DNA of 30,701 nt from Vampirovibrionaceae bacterium NZW_1234. Its GTDB lineage: Bacteria > Cyanobacteriota > Vampirovibrionia > Vampirovibrionales > JAGQHJ01. The notes below the pieces were generated by a model that was given only the letters and a program-made list of their open reading frames with translations, did not search any database and was not told the DNA's origin. Both the position numbers and the translations under genes were made by a program. Below are positions 29,098-30,701 of the stretch, in pieces. The stretch's first letter is position 1. The number at the start of each line of letters is the position of its first letter. The stretch is from the NCBI GenBank assembly GCA_041697335.1, contig JBGUGD010000028.1:1-30701 (forward strand), read 5' to 3'.

Positions 29098-30237
29098 GTG
29101 GATATGACATCGATGGAATATTGGCTCATGCGAAGCATTGATCCGACCGGATGGTTCACTCAACGAATCGCCGGACGACGCCCTATTGGAGACACGGGAC
29201 ACATCGGTTTTCAAGGTTCCAAGCTTGGCGCTGATATGAGTGCCGATGTGGATGGTACCGTGGCACTCACTCCGCAACAAGCTCTGATACAAACAAACTA
29301 TCGAATCGGCGGAGGCTATGGGGATAATGCACGCTTTGAGCAGCGAGGCAATGTTGCGATAGACGCTCATAATAATGAAGACTCCATTGGCACTCGAATT
29401 GATGGCATTGCTGAAGGGCTGTGGGGCAATGCGGACAAGCCCTGGCGATTTAGCGCAGATGGTAGAATCGGCGGTGAGTTTGCAGGGGATAAAAGCGAGA
29501 TATTTGCCGAGTTGGGTCTAGAGGTTCCAGTACTCGGCAGAGTTGCTGAGTTTGGGGGGAACGTCGAAATTTTATCCGGTCAAGATGATCGCTATGGTGC
29601 CGACATTAATATAGGTATGGGACCTATTGGAATTGAGCCAAGAGGCCATGTGACCGCATCGGAAGAAGAGACCTCTGTTACAATCGGCTATGATGTCAGT
29701 ATTCCCGTGCTCCAGTTTTTGGGCATGGGCATTAACCTTCCTTTAAGTATTGATACGACAGCGGGCCACTCTCAAGAGCAAGGCTATTTTATTCGGACGT
29801 CTGCCGATACCCCGCTTGGTGAATTTTCAATGCAAGACACACCGGGCTCTTCAAGCATTGAGGGACCTTTAGGTCAGTTTGATCCGTCCCGGATTTGGCG
29901 CTATCCTCCATCGGAGTGGATCGGTCCGGCACCTGTCGATGAAACCCCGCCAGAGCCAACCGATAACATTGCTGACAAACCCATCCCAGTACCACGGATT
30001 TCGCAACCAGAACCCGCTGCCTTGGATGACGATCCGCCAGAGGTTTCGAATATTGCGGACAAACCCATCCCTGCACCCAGCAATTCAAATCCAGAGCCTG
30101 TAGCCTTGGATGAAGACCCACCCATGTTATCAGAAACGGTTGCTCCGAAACCTTTACCTGTGCCCAGGTCGGGACAAGGCGAGGCCCCTGGTTTACGATC
30201 TCCCTGGGGTACATTAAATTGGGGAATCACGGCGTAG
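29098..30237 (+). CDS. Hypothetical acidic Gly-rich protein with three C-terminal Pro-rich repeats
   Basis: 379-aa ORF; repeat units start at 29926, 30013 and 30097; start codon uncertain (GTG 29098, ATG 29104 or 29113). Confidence 0.7.
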   Translation: MDMTSMEYWLMRSIDPTGWFTQRIAGRRPIGDTGHIGFQGSKLGADMSADVDGTVALTPQQALIQTNYRIGGGYGDNARFEQRGNVAIDAHNNEDSIGTRIDGIAEGLWGNADKPWRFSADGRIGGEFAGDKSEIFAELGLEVPVLGRVAEFGGNVEILSGQDDRYGADINIGMGPIGIEPRGHVTASEEETSVTIGYDVSIPVLQFLGMGINLPLSIDTTAGHSQEQGYFIRTSADTPLGEFSMQDTPGSSSIEGPLGQFDPSRIWRYPPSEWIGPAPVDETPPEPTDNIADKPIPVPRISQPEPAALDDDPPEVSNIADKPIPAPSNSNPEPVALDEDPPMLSETVAPKPLPVPRSGQGEAPGLRSPWGTLNWGITA

Positions 30238-30338
30238 AGTACATGCCCGAGTGAACCACGCCGATTTCAGGCTGCAATAAACTCCTACCAGAGACGTCAT
30301 CCATCTCAGGTGATTTAGGAATATAAGTGCTTAAAAAC

Positions 30339-30389
30339 TGGTCGGGATGACAGGATTCGAACCTGCGGCCCTCTGCTCCCAAAGCAGAT
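30339..30389 (-). pseudogene. tRNA-Pro(TGG) 3' fragment (anticodon arm to CCA); probable integrase att site
   Basis: Minus strand ATCTGC-TTTGGGA-GCAGA-GGGCC-GCAGG-TTCGAAT-CCTGT-CATCCCG-ACCA; no CGGGATG acceptor 5' strand or D-arm upstream. Confidence 0.85.
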
Positions 30390-30589
30390 CGCCATTTCCG
30401 CTTCCCCCGCTTGGCTTGATTCTTTTGGACATCGCTCTTTTAAACTCCTTACTGGTCTTGCGGAACTTGTGCGGAAGTTTTGAAACAGTATCAAGACTCT
30501 AGCCTTCATGCTACCGTAATAGAGTGGTTTTTACAAAGTGAAACGCCACCTTGTTGATTTCAACCGATAGAGACATCCTGAGAAGTGGA

Positions 30590-30633
30590 TTGACAATTAT
30601 TATAATCACGATTATTATAATTACAGTTATAAT
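30590..30633 (+). promoter_or_regulatory. Sigma70-type promoter overlapped by TTATAAT repeats, for a gene starting beyond the window
   Basis: TTGACA (30590) - 17 nt - TATTAT (30613); ATTATTATAAT repeated at 30596 and 30611; AGAGGAG RBS at the window end. Confidence 0.65.
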
Positions 30634-30701
30634 ATTTAGAGCGTATGTTTATGCCCTTTATTGGCCGAGAAAAAGAGTTAAAGATACTAGAGGAGCGATA
30701 C

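Noticed and set aside
30339..30415. Intact tRNA-Pro gene
   Set aside because: No 5' acceptor strand complementary to CATCCCG and no D-arm; treated as an att fragment.

Overview
Bacterial chromosomal window. The gene content and divergent flagellar-family proteins suggest Vampirovibrionia/Melainabacteria, but this is inference and not proven. Left part: the 3' end of an MBOAT acyltransferase with its SGNH-like partner, msrB, a 5'-nucleotidase overlapping a PD-(D/E)XK Fe-S nuclease, and a convergent fmt-Zn peptidase-uvrC unit. Upstream of fmt is a non-coding element of helically phased CGCGTGAA boxes next to an AT-rich tract. Centre (8.8-21 kb, minus strand): a compact, rearranged flagellar-type export/basal-body cluster, flgF-flgG-flgB-flgC-lytic transglycosylase-fliE | fliF-(FliG-slot protein)-fliH-flhA-fliI, followed by two previously unlinked paralogous small proteins. 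The FliG-slot protein seems to lack the torque domain and FlgG seems to lack its rigidity insert. No hook, filament, stator or fliJ gene lies in the window. My best candidate for an undescribed system is therefore a flagellum-derived, possibly non-rotary type III secretion machine with adjacent candidate substrates. Right part (more AT-rich): AI-2E transporter, tandem USP, a soluble 2xGAF chemoreceptor, a globin-coupled chemoreceptor and a TonB-C protein. After these come two tRNA-Pro(TGG) 3' fragments (att scars) bracketing an orphan repeat protein, and the probable edge of an integrated element continuing beyond the window.
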